A DNA stretch of 62,458 bases, counting the filler, from Collodictyon triciliatum (lineage: Eukaryota): the NCBI GenBank assembly GCA_043381765.1. It is 24 parts of 24 records of this genome, joined end to end, with 100 filler letters (N's around TTAATTAATTAA, not from the genome) between each part and the next. Parts side by side here need not be neighbours in the genome. Positions count along the whole stretch, not along the records: positions 36,714 to 39,305 come from JBHJMP010008618.1; positions 39,406 to 41,997 come from JBHJMP010008619.1; positions 42,098 to 44,689 come from JBHJMP010008620.1; positions 44,790 to 47,379 come from JBHJMP010008621.1; positions 47,480 to 49,019 come from JBHJMP010008622.1; positions 49,120 to 51,708 come from JBHJMP010008623.1; 18 more parts are not named here. One strand, given 5' to 3'. The notes below the pieces were generated by a model. That model was not told the DNA's origin. It searched no databases and was given only the letters and a program-made list of their open reading frames with translations. How positions within the stretch are numbered: the first letter of the stretch is position 1; each line of letters opens with the position of its first letter. A program made the position numbers and the translations under genes. Positions 37,846 to 50,383 of the stretch are shown one piece after another.

Positions 37846-38363
37846 AGTGTCGAGGTAACCCCGCACTCATCATTTTGATATAAAAAAGTTGAAAAGAATT
37901 ACGCCTGCGCGAAAGGCCGCTGAGAAGAGATTTGGGGGGTTGCGAGGCTTGCCCTGCGAAAGGCTGGTTCCCTATATTTCCAGAATAGGAAAGAAATACA
38001 ATAATTTACGCAGAGCAAAATATCAGTAGATACCCCTTTATTGGAATTTGAGAAGGGTGGAATGTCTTCGCATTGCGGGATCTGTGATTGAAATCGATCA
38101 ATCGGTTTGTTGCTGGAATCGCGATCTGGCTTCCAGCGCATCCTACAGCGGCCCTCGCAGAGAAGCAATCTTTTTTTAAAATTTTTTATTTTATCATTAT
38201 ATTATTTTATTGAACCTTGATCTTCTTTCCTTTTTTTTTTTTGATTGACTTTTGTGTGTTTTTCTTTCCTCTTACCACAAAGTGTTTATTTTCCTTGTTT
38301 CCTTCGGTTTATTTTGTTGAATATTATTTATTTTTTTCCTTTGTTGACGAAGCAGGCGTGGCG

Positions 38364-39022
38364 ATGGCTTTCTTGTTTTCCAACCCGACTCAGGAAAAAA
38401 TCGAGCGTGCAACCAGTGAAACGCTTCTCGGTCCAAATAATACCTACAACTCGGGAATATGCCAGGACATTAACCGAGACCCCTCGTTGTATGTCGTTGA
38501 TGTTTGGATAGATTGATACTTTCACTTGTCCTCTATCCTTGGTCTCGTTGCTTTTATTATTATCATTATAATTGTCTTTGTTGTTGTTCTACTATTTTGC
38601 TTCATTCGATCTCATAAACTGGTAATTAAAAACGAAACTCGCTCATGATATCCACAACCCTTATCAATTGTTTTAACAAAGATCGAAAGATGCTGTCAAG
38701 GCCATCAAAAAGAGGCTGCAAAACAAGAATCCCAAGATCGCACTCCTAACACTTTCTGTCTGGAACATCTTTTACATATATTTTATTTATTGTAGTACTT
38801 TCACTCAAACTGCTCAATTATTTGAGACTTTGGTTGACACTCTGATTTTTATTTATTTATTATGGCACTCACCGTTGAACGCCATTTACAACTTTTTAAA
38901 GGGACAATATTCCTATAATCCTAGCTACTGGATGCCATGATGCAGAATTGCGTATCAGCCTTTCATAAACGGGTCGGGACGGAAGAATTTCTCAACGATT
39001 TTGTGGATATAGCGCTACGGAG
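38364..39022 (+). CDS. VHS-domain protein (TOM1/Hrs/STAM-like), 5' exons
   Basis: IERATSETLLGPN...ICQDIN|SKDAVKAIKKRLQNKNPKIALLTLS|LLDAMMQNCVSAFHKRVGTEEFLND. Confidence 0.9.
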
Positions 39023-39405
39023 GGTATATTTTATCAAAGAGAAAATATGTTGACAGTAACATCTTTTAGTAATTATTATTATTGTTATTATTACTATCAG
39101 TATTATTATCATTATTATTATCATTATTATTATCATTATTATTATCATTATTATTATCATTATTATTATCATTATTATTATCATTATTATTATCATTATT
39201 ATTATTATCATTATTATTATTATCATTATTATTATTATCATTATTATTATTATCATTATTATTATTATCATTATTATTATTATCATTATTATTATCATTA
39301 TTATTNNNNNNNNNNNNNNNNNNNNNNNNNNNNNNNNNNNNNNNNNNNNTTAATTAATTAANNNNNNNNNNNNNNNNNNNNNNNNNNNNNNNNNNNNNNN
39401 NNNNN

Positions 39406-39615
39406 CATGTGGAAAGAAGCTGAGAAGGATATTAAACCTCGCCTTGTATCTCTCATGCAAGCACAAGACCCAGGCTACAGGCCAAACCGCAGGATGCAAT
39501 TCCTGATAACCGACTACTTCTCCGCCACCCGGCCACCAAGTGGCGTCCATGCAAACGATGGCTAGCGAACCAAAGCCAACATCTTCACCTTTTTACACAA
39601 AATTGAAAGGAAGAA
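39406..39615 (+). mobile_element. 3' end of a second subfamily-A retrotransposon copy
   Basis: Near-identical to 36240-36447, both ending ...CACAAAATTGAAAGGAA; reads MWKEAEKDIKPRLVSLMQAQDPGYRPNRRMQFLITDYFSATRPP. Confidence 0.9.
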
Positions 39616-39811
39616 AAGGTCATATTTCTTAATATTCCTAAACACATTCTAAACTATATACTCTTTATCAACTTCCTCTTGATTTCATTTATTTGCCCTC
39701 ATGAGAGTATCTTTTTGATAGAAATGACACCACGCCCTTCTAAAGCAATTAGTGTGAGCCGACTAGAATCAAGTTCGGCTATTATCAGTGATGAATAAAT
39801 TGATGAGTCCA

Positions 39812-40423
39812 TTATTTGTAAGTCCACAGCTTCCTTCCCAACATTTTTTCCAATTCTTCATTCATCGGGATAAAGAAGCTTTTGAATTCTTGGACAACAT
39901 CAGCAGGGAGCTTGGGGCACTTAAGGTGGACATCCTCATCCCCAGGAATTAACCCAAGTCCTTGCATAGGGATGCCAGGGTTCCTGTTTGAGGACAAGAC
40001 TCCAACATTGTACTTTGTCTTCGTCAGGTCGCCCCACGTTATGGCCGGAAGACCGAGGAATTTCGTGATCTGTAATAAAGTGGGAGTAGACCATATTATA
40101 TCAATAAAGTTTAATTGAGCAGGATTATGAAACTCAAATACATTGGAGAATCGTGCCCTAGTATCTTACTTCATTCATGACTTCATTTGCTTGGGTGTAA
40201 ATATCCTCTGTTCGAACGACGAGGATAGATTCCTTAGGGAAGAAACGATACCAATGTGCTAACTGAATTACATGGCAGTAAGGTCGACATCCAATCATTA
40301 GACTTTTATCCAACAAAAGCATATATAAATAATAGGATAAAATTGTAATCATTTTTCTTTTTACAAAAGTTGCCATAGGATTCTATGCGGAATGATTTCG
40401 TCTGTTTGTCTTTTTTTTGAAAA

Positions 40424-40490
<67 letters not shown>

Positions 40491-41860
40491 ACATAAATAA
40501 AAAAACAAATAAATAACGACCTGTGGAGCGTACCATGAGTGGCTCAGATATGTTCTGTCCACGAGTGAGGGTAAATTTTTTGTTTTGTTGTAAAATTTTG
40601 TGGATATTAGACAAGGGTGTAAATCGACCCATTGTGTGTGCTTCGACATACAGTCTTGAATTAAAGGTTTCTCAGCGAGTATAAATCCAAGGAATCTTTG
40701 AATAAATTTATTCCTATCTGCTTCAGATTTATGCTCGAATGCATTTGACTGCTAAATTAAGAAATATCATCAGCAAAATTTATGTTCCGTATAGGACGTG
40801 ATATTCCTCTTTGTCTTATTTTTTTTCCCGCTGTTACTTAATAATCAGAATGTACCTTATTATCAAGACTGGGATTATTTTTCTTTGAATTAATATGTGT
40901 GCGAGCCATGGCCAAGGAACTTTTATGACAATACTGAGAATAAGCTCTAGAAAAGGGTTCTCGAACCATCAAAATTATTTTCACTTGTGGGAGATATTTG
41001 GACACAATTTCAGGAACCTTTAATAAGATTTAATTTAATTAAATTTTAGAATAAAAAACAACAACAAAATACATAGAGAAACCACCTTTGGGACGTAGAT
41101 GTAATTTGGTGTTGCTTCTCCGGTAACCAAATCATCACCAGGTAGTATCTCAGGGAAAAAATTCATGTATCGATCCAACAAATCCCTAATTATGAAATTT
41201 CAGGTGAACAAAAAAGCATTTTAATTTGAAATATGTATGCTTTGTATCGACAAGTCTCACGCATAATATCATCTCATCTTAAAGCAGATACTTTTTCTCT
41301 TTTTTCAAATTAAAGCTTACGGAGGTAATCCTTTTACGTTTGTAAAATGATCGAAGAAATGAAGTTCCTTTTGGCGAACCGTAACTAATTGATTACGACC
41401 ATTCTGTCTGTTGACATTCGAGCTTTGTCTCTTTTTCGCTTCTTTGTCAATAGAATTATGATTAGATACCGGCCTTCCTTGGTGGACATTTAAGAGCTTG
41501 TGATTCAGTTGAGAGAGACCTAAAGAACCAAATCTTTTTGAATTTTCAGGGACATCACTATCATTATGCTGCGATATCATTCCAAAATGAATTCCAATGT
41601 CTTTCTCCAGTTCATCGCGGCTTATATCTTCATAAGGAGTCTCTCTTTCCTTATCAGGTATAAGAGCAAAGTGGTTGAAGGGCCTTCCTGGACGATTTTT
41701 CAGAGCATCATGAGGCCTTACATGGTCTACAAATTCGGACATATGCTCGATTGCACCATTGCGACGAGGTGTTCTGTTATGTTTCAGTCAATCGATATAT
41801 TTACAACGAACTTTTCCAAGATTTTCTTGAATAACTCCGTTGAAGATCAGAAAGTCAACT
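39812..41860 (-). CDS. PAPS-dependent sulfotransferase (heparan-sulfate 3-O/N-sulfotransferase-like), 5' truncated
   Basis: KELHFFD; VTGEATPNY; KIILMVREPFSRAYSQY (3'-PB motif); SWYAPQLAHWYRFFPKESILVVRTED; FFIPMNEELEKMLGRKLW. Confidence 0.9.
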
Positions 41861-42243
41861 GATTAACTTCACATAAAAGATTCGGTGAAAGAGTATAGTA
41901 GAATAGAATAGAATAGAATAGAATAGAATAGAATAGAATAGAATAGAATAGAATAGAATAGAATAGAATAGAATAGAATAGAATAGAATAGAATAGANNN
42001 NNNNNNNNNNNNNNNNNNNNNNNNNNNNNNNNNNNNNNNNNTTAATTAATTAANNNNNNNNNNNNNNNNNNNNNNNNNNNNNNNNNNNNNNNNNNNNTTT
42101 GTTTTGTTTTGTTTTGTTTTGTTTTGTTTTGTTTTGTTTTGTTTTGTTTTGTTTTGTTTTGTTTTGTTTTGTTTTGTTTTGTTTTGTATTGTATTGTATT
42201 TTTTTTTGTTCTTCGCCATCAAATTAATGACTTTGTATCCTAG

Positions 42244-44358
42244 GTTAGAGAAGGCGGATTTCACAACATTCGCCCTAATGTCATATTTGTGGCTGGCCAC
42301 GGAGAAGGGGGTCTTATCGCAGCGGACATAGTTCAAAAGTACCTGATTTGATTTGATTTGATTTGATTTGATTTGATTTGATTTAGATGGATGTTTATTT
42401 TCTAGCTTCCTAAAGTGTGACATCAAATAAAATCCGATCAACATATCCATATAGTCGTGAGATATGACCTTATGTTAAGGATTGATGCCAAATTATGCCC
42501 TATATATTTCCTTTGTATCTTTTTGCAATAACCCTGTCCTCACCTCTCCATTCAACCATGGCTCTTCAGTAATCCGATACACTTCGTAGACACAACTTCC
42601 GCGGGCTTATTCTCCTTGCCTCACACGTCCACCCACCAAAATCATGGCTCCCATTCCAGGGTGGCATTGATCTGGAAAACTGTGCCCATCCAGTCCTGAC
42701 TGTTGGCGGAGAGCTCGATGGCGTTGGTGCGCGCATAACTCGGCTTGCTCTTGCATTCAAGTCGTATCAAGAAAAGAAAGACCAATACGGCGACCACTAT
42801 GCCTTATACAAGCGTCCTGTGGTGATTCTGCCTGGGGTCAATCACTCCCAATTCGCTGATGACAGATTGGTTGAGCATGATTTAAAGGCGGATGCAACTC
42901 TTCGAGATGCCCAAATAGCAATTGCAGAGACAGTTAGCGCCTTTTTGGCTCTCAATACGCTTTCAGCCCTCGACAGCTCCAAAGTTTCGCCAATAATCAT
43001 TCAATCAACCACGCAGCAGATGACAGATGTCCTACAGCGCAAAATTAGAGAGTCTGAGAGACTTGCAAAACCGTTTCTAACTTCTCTAGACTACGAAGCC
43101 AAATGGTGCCAAAATATCCAGTTGCAGTTATGCAATCTATCTTCCTATGATGTTGAGAGAATACGCACGTGCAACACCCCTCAAGCATCCTATGGAACAT
43201 TCCTGCTACAAAAACCCAAAATCATTACAATGTCTCTTCCAGACGATGTCATACCAAAACTGATATATATTCAAACTCATTCTTACAGTGTTTATGAAAG
43301 TAGTCATGACGCTATGACCCCTGTTTCAAGTAAAGAAATCGCCATTAAATTGAAAACTCAAGAGGCAATCAGGTCATTTTATTGCTGCCGCCATCCTTTC
43401 AGTTACATTTTCAAGTTTTCTTGAAAATTGTACTCTTTTTATATGCATATACCCCCAAGGCACTCATATCTATAAAAAAAAAATGGTAATTATGATAGTA
43501 ATAATAATAAAAAAATAGTAGCGATGATAATATTAATTTCAATAATAGTGAATAAAAATAATTATGTAATAGTGTTGCTCTCGACAAAAATTGTCTAGAA
43601 CTTCCAGGTAGAACAATCATAAACATTTTCAGACTAAAAAAAAAAAAAAAGACATAAAAATGTGGTTGGAAACACCATAAAATAGCCAACGTTTCTTCTT
43701 TCTTTCTTTCTTTTTTTTTCAGAGTAATTGTTCAAAATATCATTTTATTTTCCTTATGATTCTTGTGATGTTAATCATTTAACAAACGTTCCGGATAACC
43801 CAGTGGATATAATATATTCATGAAAATTTCTAATAGACGAAAAATCTGCCAGTAACCTCAATGCTCAAGCTTTAGAGTGGGCTCTTTTACATGTGAATAA
43901 AGAATCGAGGGAGAGGTAACGATTAGCACAAAAATTTTTTGAAAAGAAAAAGAAAAACAATTCCTCCATTTATGACAGAAATATCACCCACGAAATAACT
44001 ATCTGCTTTCTAAACAATAAAAATAATGATGATGTCAATCTTACCCTAATTTTTGATACTATTTGCAATAGATATTTTCTCAGAGGAAAACAGCTCGATT
44101 TTGGCCCCGATGCACACGTTGTATACTCTGTCTGGTTAAATGAAGGGCTGTTATTTCGCCCGAGTGAATATGGGTATGTTTAATGAAGGATACATGCGCT
44201 TATTTTCCAAAAGTCAAAAATTAAAACAATATATCTTTAATTATTCACATGACCATTCAAATATATCAGTGATAACAGAATCCTGGTTACATCCCCTGTG
44301 ATGAAGTATAATATTAGTGCGGTTATTCCTAGATTTGCTGGAAACACACATGCAAAGG
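42244..44358 (+). CDS. Alpha/beta-hydrolase-fold protein, internal exons
   Basis: IFVAGHGEGG (elbow), GLILLAS, PVLTVGGELDG (Asp), ILPGVNHSQFA (His), then a C-terminal extension. Confidence 0.8.
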
Positions 44359-44637
44359 TTAGTTGTAGATTTTTCATTTCCGATACAATATTTCTCGTAA
44401 AATGCATTTTTCTTTTCTTTTTCTTTTTCTTTTTCTTTTTCTTTTTCTTTTTCTTTTTCTTTTTCTTTTTCTTTTTCTTTTTCTTTTTTCCCTTTTTTCC
44501 CCTTTTTCCCCTTTTTCCCCTTTTTCCCCTTTTTCCCCTTTTCCCTCGTTTTCCCTTCATTTTCTTCTTTTTTTTCTTTTTTTCTTTTTTTCTTCTTTTT
44601 TCTTCTTTTTTCTTCTTTTTTCTTCTTTCTTTTCTTC

Positions 44638-44689
<52 letters not shown>

Positions 44690-45199
44690 NNNNNNNNNNN
44701 NNNNNNNNNNNNNNNNNNNNNNNNNNNNNNNNNTTAATTAATTAANNNNNNNNNNNNNNNNNNNNNNNNNNNNNNNNNNNNNNNNNNNNTAACAAAAAAT
44801 AACAAAAAATAACAAAAAATAACAAAAAATAACAAAAAATAACAAAAAATAACAAAAAATAACAAAAAATAACAAAAAATAACAAAAAAATAACAAAAAA
44901 ATAACAATAACAAAAAACACGTAGCACACAACACATAAAATCTAGGACGAACCGAAGCTAGCCCTTACCTAGCAATAGAGTTATAAAATTCAGATTTTTT
45001 TTATTTGCGTTTTTCTCCCTTTTATTCTGAAACTATCAATATATCCTTGACTTCAAAATCTTACTCTGCAGTGGAGATAAAACATATTATGTTGTCAAAA
45101 AAAGGGAAGGAGTGATAACACATGCAGAAAAATTATACTTACTCTTTTTCATCCTTTTTTTTTTTTGAGAAAAAGAAAAAAAGGAAGGAGGGAGCAGGA

Positions 45200-47379
45200 T
45201 TAATTATCAGTCTTTTTGTAGACAAGGGATGGATAGTAGCCCCAATTGTACTCGTCATATCGGATTTTGACCGCGTAAGAGCCTCCTTGTTTTATCAGCT
45301 CGACAACTTGGGCCTTTTTGTGTTCATCTAGCAAGTCGATAACCAAGTCTAGAGCTACTGGAGGTCTCATTTCATACTCTTCAAATATCCATTCAAATAT
45401 CTTTGGAAGACGCAGCCGCCCTTTTTCATCCACGAGATTCTTGTTCATTCGAAGGTGGTTAACACCTATCTCACGAATTTGCTCGGCGAGATTATCACTG
45501 TGGAATATTGTAACGTGGGGAAAGCTCGACAGATGCCCTCTGTGAAGGGCTAGACTTAGAAGCGGGTTCACGGGGTTTAAGGATGGGAGAATAGGTTTGT
45601 ACTTGGCGACATGAGAGACAAGCTCACTGACACGGCGACTGAGTAACTTACCCATCACACTTGGTCTGCCCATTACTGTATTTAAAATGACGGATTCAAC
45701 GTCGCCAGGGGATACAAGCAAACCATCCACCTCATATGAGGCTCTCTTTAAAAAATTCTTCATGGATGACGTAGAAAACGGTGCTCCGATTATAATAAGA
45801 GAGTGGATGAGGATTAAATGATATAGGTTCATAAAGAATGTTACCAGAGAGGTTTCATTCATATGGGACAGAGAAACGACTTGTAATTCGCTTGTGTTTT
45901 TCTCAAAGCTGTAAAAACGATAAGCAAACGCCTCGTTCGTAGCGTAATCTGAATTATCTTGACGCGCTTCCTCATAAAGTGTTATCGCCAGTGCCAGAAG
46001 GTCTTCCACCACAATTTCTGCTGGTCTTGCTTCAACGCGATTCCAAACGATTTTGTGACGATTCAAAACAACGGGCTTCATGTGTTTTTGATTCTCTTCG
46101 ATAGAAGTTATCAAGTAAATATGGTCAGAGGCTTTAGTCGCAGTTGAGGGGATTTTAAAGTTTTCGTGAATTTGGTTCATCACGGATTTGGCCCACTCTG
46201 AAACAGCTTCTTCGTCGGTTGAGCAGAAGAAATACGTCTGTCTGACTGTTCTAACTTCCAAGAATACCCAACCTGGTACATTCGAAGCAGTAGTGTTTGG
46301 AACAACCGAATTAATATGTTTTAGTGGTATCTTAACCATGACATCTTTGGTGCGTATGTCTACAGAAATAAGTGAGTCGATAGTCAACAGCAGAATCTCC
46401 TCCTTCCAACAAGTGCGCCAGCAGACTCGAATGATGCGAGAGTGTTTTACGGTTGAGGGGAAATCACTGGCCAGAAGAACCTTGTTTGGGTCGTCATTAT
46501 CTAGCGTTGCCAAAGAACCGATGTTTAGGAAAAGCTCTGTGAGTCTATTGCGCGCTGTGGCTGGGTCTTGTAAGGTGGCACGGAGATGTGTTTCGATGGT
46601 CTTGATGGCGTGGTCACATGAGGAAATCGCTGTATAGTAATCAAGTAAATCTTGGTACGAAGAGTTTGGATTTTCCTTAAAGTAGCCGATATCTGTTAGA
46701 TTTATTCGAGAAACAGATACGGCTTCATTTTTGGTTGAGCTTTTTGAACGAAAGGTCTTCCAAATATCCTCACAGGAGCGATCAAATGCAATGAGTTCTT
46801 CTATACTGACGATATTCATGGATGCCGGAGAATCATCAAAATCATCATTCGACATAGTCGCATCCATTGGCATCAAATCAGTGCGAGAATCTCTAGCGTT
46901 GAATGTGTTGCCTTCTGTTACGATGACAAACAGGAAGTGCCCTTTTCCTTCTCGGGTTATATCAATAACAGCAGATACCTCGATTCTAGAGACATAAACA
47001 CAGGGAGTCGAATAACTGCTATATTCTGAATCGACTGCTGTATCCGTGAGCTCAGACGAATAGTCGGTGTGGTCTGCAGGGTAAAGCATGGGCTGCAGGG
47101 TTTGCCCAATATTCATTAGTTCTGTAGTATCGATATCAACAGAGGGAGGGCGCATATCTTGGAGTGGGTGAACACTGGAACTATGATGTCTCATGTGACT
47201 TGGTTTAGCTCTCGCTTCCTGAATTGAGACTGAGGAAGTGTCGATATCGGTAGGCGCTGAGGACGCAAATGATAATTGCAATTGTAAATGGGTCGAGTCC
47301 GTGTCTTTGTCTGTCATATCCAATTCGTTTTCAGGTTTGAAAATTTCGGGCTCCTTTGAATTAAGATTTTCTCTAGTGT
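45200..47379 (-). CDS. PH-like domain + DUF547 protein; large terminal exon, 5' truncated
   Basis: IPLKHINSV...FLEVRTVRQTYFFCSTDEEAVSEWAKSV (PH); SELQVVSLS...FFMNLYHLILIH...YEVDG...DVESVIL...LPKIFEW...YDEYNW (DUF547-like). Confidence 0.75.
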
Positions 47380-47689
47380 NNNNNNNNNNNNNNNNNNNNN
47401 NNNNNNNNNNNNNNNNNNNNNNNTTAATTAATTAANNNNNNNNNNNNNNNNNNNNNNNNNNNNNNNNNNNNNNNNNNNNCCCCCCGCCCCCCCGCTTGCC
47501 CCGCCCCCCCCCCCCCCCTTCCCGGGCTCCTTTTTTTTTTTTTTGTTTCTTTTTTTTTCCTTTTTTTTTTTTTTTTCTTTTTTTTTTTTTGTTTTCCTTT
47601 TTTCCTTTTTTTTTCTTTTTTTTCTTCTTTATCTATTCCCTTTGTGTGGTTTGATTTCGTCTTCTGCTTCAATGGCGGTGGGGGCAGTG

Positions 47690-47846
47690 CTCAGAGGAGG
47701 GTGGAATGGGGGAAGTACCGCTTTCGATGGGCTCGGGCCACGGGCGAGTGTGGCGATGGGGAGGCGATGTGAGGATTGTTGCTGTCTTCGTCGTCCAGTC
47801 CGAATTGGCCCAGAGAGGCTGCCAGGGTGTCGATGCTGTCCGTCAT
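47690..47846 (-). CDS. Possible exon of a hypothetical protein
   Basis: GC-rich segment MTDSIDTLAASLGQFGLDDEDSNNPH in AT-rich context. Confidence 0.3.
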
Positions 47847-49119
47847 GTGGTGACTTCTCTCTCTCTCTCTCTCGTTCAATACCTTTTCTCTTCTCTTCTC
47901 TTTTCTAAATGATCTGGTGTGTGTTTGTGTGTGTGTGAGTAGTTGGCTGTGGGCTGCAGGAGTGAAATAAACAGATGTAGTTTCTCTTGTGTGTTAGGAT
48001 CGTCCCACTGCCATTATTATGTCTTTCCTCTGTTTCTATAACCAAAGAAGCTCGTTTGTGTGGGTTTGTTGCGAGAATAGAAGCGAACTAACTGGCCCTG
48101 CACCCTTGTGCAGATGTCCTTCGTTCCACCTTATGCTGCATCCGTTTTCTTGACAATTTTTTTTCTTTTTTTTGAGTTTTGTCTGAAGAACCGGCTCGGA
48201 AATTTGGTGCTGGACTCATGAAGCTTTACGTTGTGGCAACTTGAGGCGAGTGTTGGCCTTTCATCCATTTGAATTCGAATATTCAAATTTGAAAAACTAA
48301 TTCGGTTGGCTGGGAAATGTCGTCGAGGGCACAGAGAGGAAATTCTGTATCTTGTTTTGTGTGTCGACGCTTGTAGTAAAAAAAAAAGAAAAAGAAAAAG
48401 AAAAAGCAAGAATAAAATAAAAATGTCAGGTTCATTCGGGTTTATGCACTGTTGTCGACTCCAACAAAGTTTCTGGAATAGGTGAAGCGCAGCTATTTTA
48501 TGACCTATCCAACAAATCCAGCAGATCGTCTGTTTTGCCTATAGAATCATTTTATTTATTCATTTTTAGTGAATCAGGATAATTTTTTTATTTTTTTTTA
48601 ATAATTTGGAAAAAAAAATAGTAAAAGAGTGAATGTTGCAAAAGCAGAGTAGAAGTACATATGATGAAAATAAATGAATGGCTCATGAGCGTATTTATAT
48701 CACTCTAATCGCATGGTTAAAAAAAAAAAAAAAAAAAAAAGGACAAAAAAAAAAAAAAAAAAAAAAAGGGCATAATAAATAAAACACCAGAATCGGACAC
48801 GGTCATCCCATCGATGAGTTTGGACACATCCATGCGAGCGCGCTGCGCGGTAATCACAGTCGGACCGCTTGCTCCACTTTTTGAGATGAATTAGGAAAAA
48901 AAAAATTGTTATGCAATAACATACATATATTAATAGTGACCACATTATAAACTATCTCATCATAATTTTAAAAATATATCAATGTTAAAATGATGAGTTA
49001 TAACAAGAAAAAATCAAACNNNNNNNNNNNNNNNNNNNNNNNNNNNNNNNNNNNNNNNNNNNNTTAATTAATTAANNNNNNNNNNNNNNNNNNNNNNNNN
49101 NNNNNNNNNNNNNNNNNNN

Positions 49120-49194
<75 letters not shown>

Positions 49195-49268
49195 GGGGCA
49201 GAGAATGAAAAAGATGTTCTGGCCGTCGCTTCTGACAACGCCAGCGTGGGAATCGTTCACGACTGGTA

Positions 49269-50383
49269 TTACGTTGCTTTCTTGGCTGCCACAGAGTCTC
49301 CACTTGGCGTAGTTGCAGGAGATTTGCCTTCCAGCGTTGCAATCTTTGCCTGAAGGGCATGAATCCGAGCCTGCCTTTGGGACCTGTGAAAGAGGCGATG
49401 ATGATGGTGATGACGATGTGATGGTGATGGTAATGATGCCAGAGCGTACTCTGAGAGTTGGCCAAGAGAAGCTATGGGGAGAGGCTCAGGGTACAGCCTA
49501 ACGGAAGCGGATGCTGCGTCAGCCTTTGGTCTTATGTACGGTTTTTCAGGCTCTTCTTTCTTTTGTGCACCAAATTTAAAACCCATTCATCGATTAGAAT
49601 TAACAAAAGGCAAAGAGTGAAAGAAAAAGACAAAGAAAAGAAGAAGGAGGAGGTATTCCCCAGTGTTGTGACAAAGAGTATGTGTATGAAATTATAGCAA
49701 AGCTTATATATCAATGGTTTACTATAACATCTTATTTACTCGTTCTTGGGCGTGCCTGACGAATAGTCTTCTGTCATTGACGACCTTGTCATTCATGGAA
49801 TTGATGGCTCTTTCAGCTTCCTATTTTCATAATATTGTTCAGTAGTTGCAGAGTAATCTAAAAGTATGCTACGAACAATATATGCATATGTTTGCCTGAA
49901 TGTGACCTAACCTCCTTCTTTGAGTATTCGATAAAACAATATCCTTTGGGGCGTCCCATTTTGTCCCCGCTTCGATGGAACGAATAATCAAATCCAACAA
50001 TTGTTCCAAAGGGCTTGAACATTTGGATTAATTGATGTCTATTAAAATGACGTATTAGCATTAAGCCATTTATTTTTTAATCAAGAAAAAAAAAGAGGCA
50101 TATTGGGGATTTATACTGCAGGATGAATATTTGGATTAGTGTTGATGTTTCACGATGTTGAAATATTTTGAAGTTAAGGGAGTATATGATACGGATGCAT
50201 GAAAGATATAATGTTTCGTGCTGGGTATGTGATCTTCATTTAAATTACTCTGTGAGGCGTGGATCAAAGTTTCCTATCCATATCTTGTTCTGTAAAACTT
50301 CTTCCCGAGTCTGAATCACAGCACCGAACTGGTGGTTGGTAGAGAACTAAACAGTATTTCGTAAACGCCGCTTCAATATTCAT
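49269..50383 (-). CDS. RBM18: RRM protein, RBM18-like
   Basis: KIWIGNFDPRLTE|HQLIQMFKPFG...FHRSGDKMGRPKGYCFIEY..KE|EAERAINSMND...RRLFVRHA and C-terminal ARIHALQAKIATLE. Confidence 0.8.

Noticed and set aside
37903-37975. Two CCTGCG(CG)AAAGGC mini-hairpins suggesting an ncRNA
   Set aside because: Stems are too short, no recognisable RNA family, and they sit in a probable promoter or UTR.
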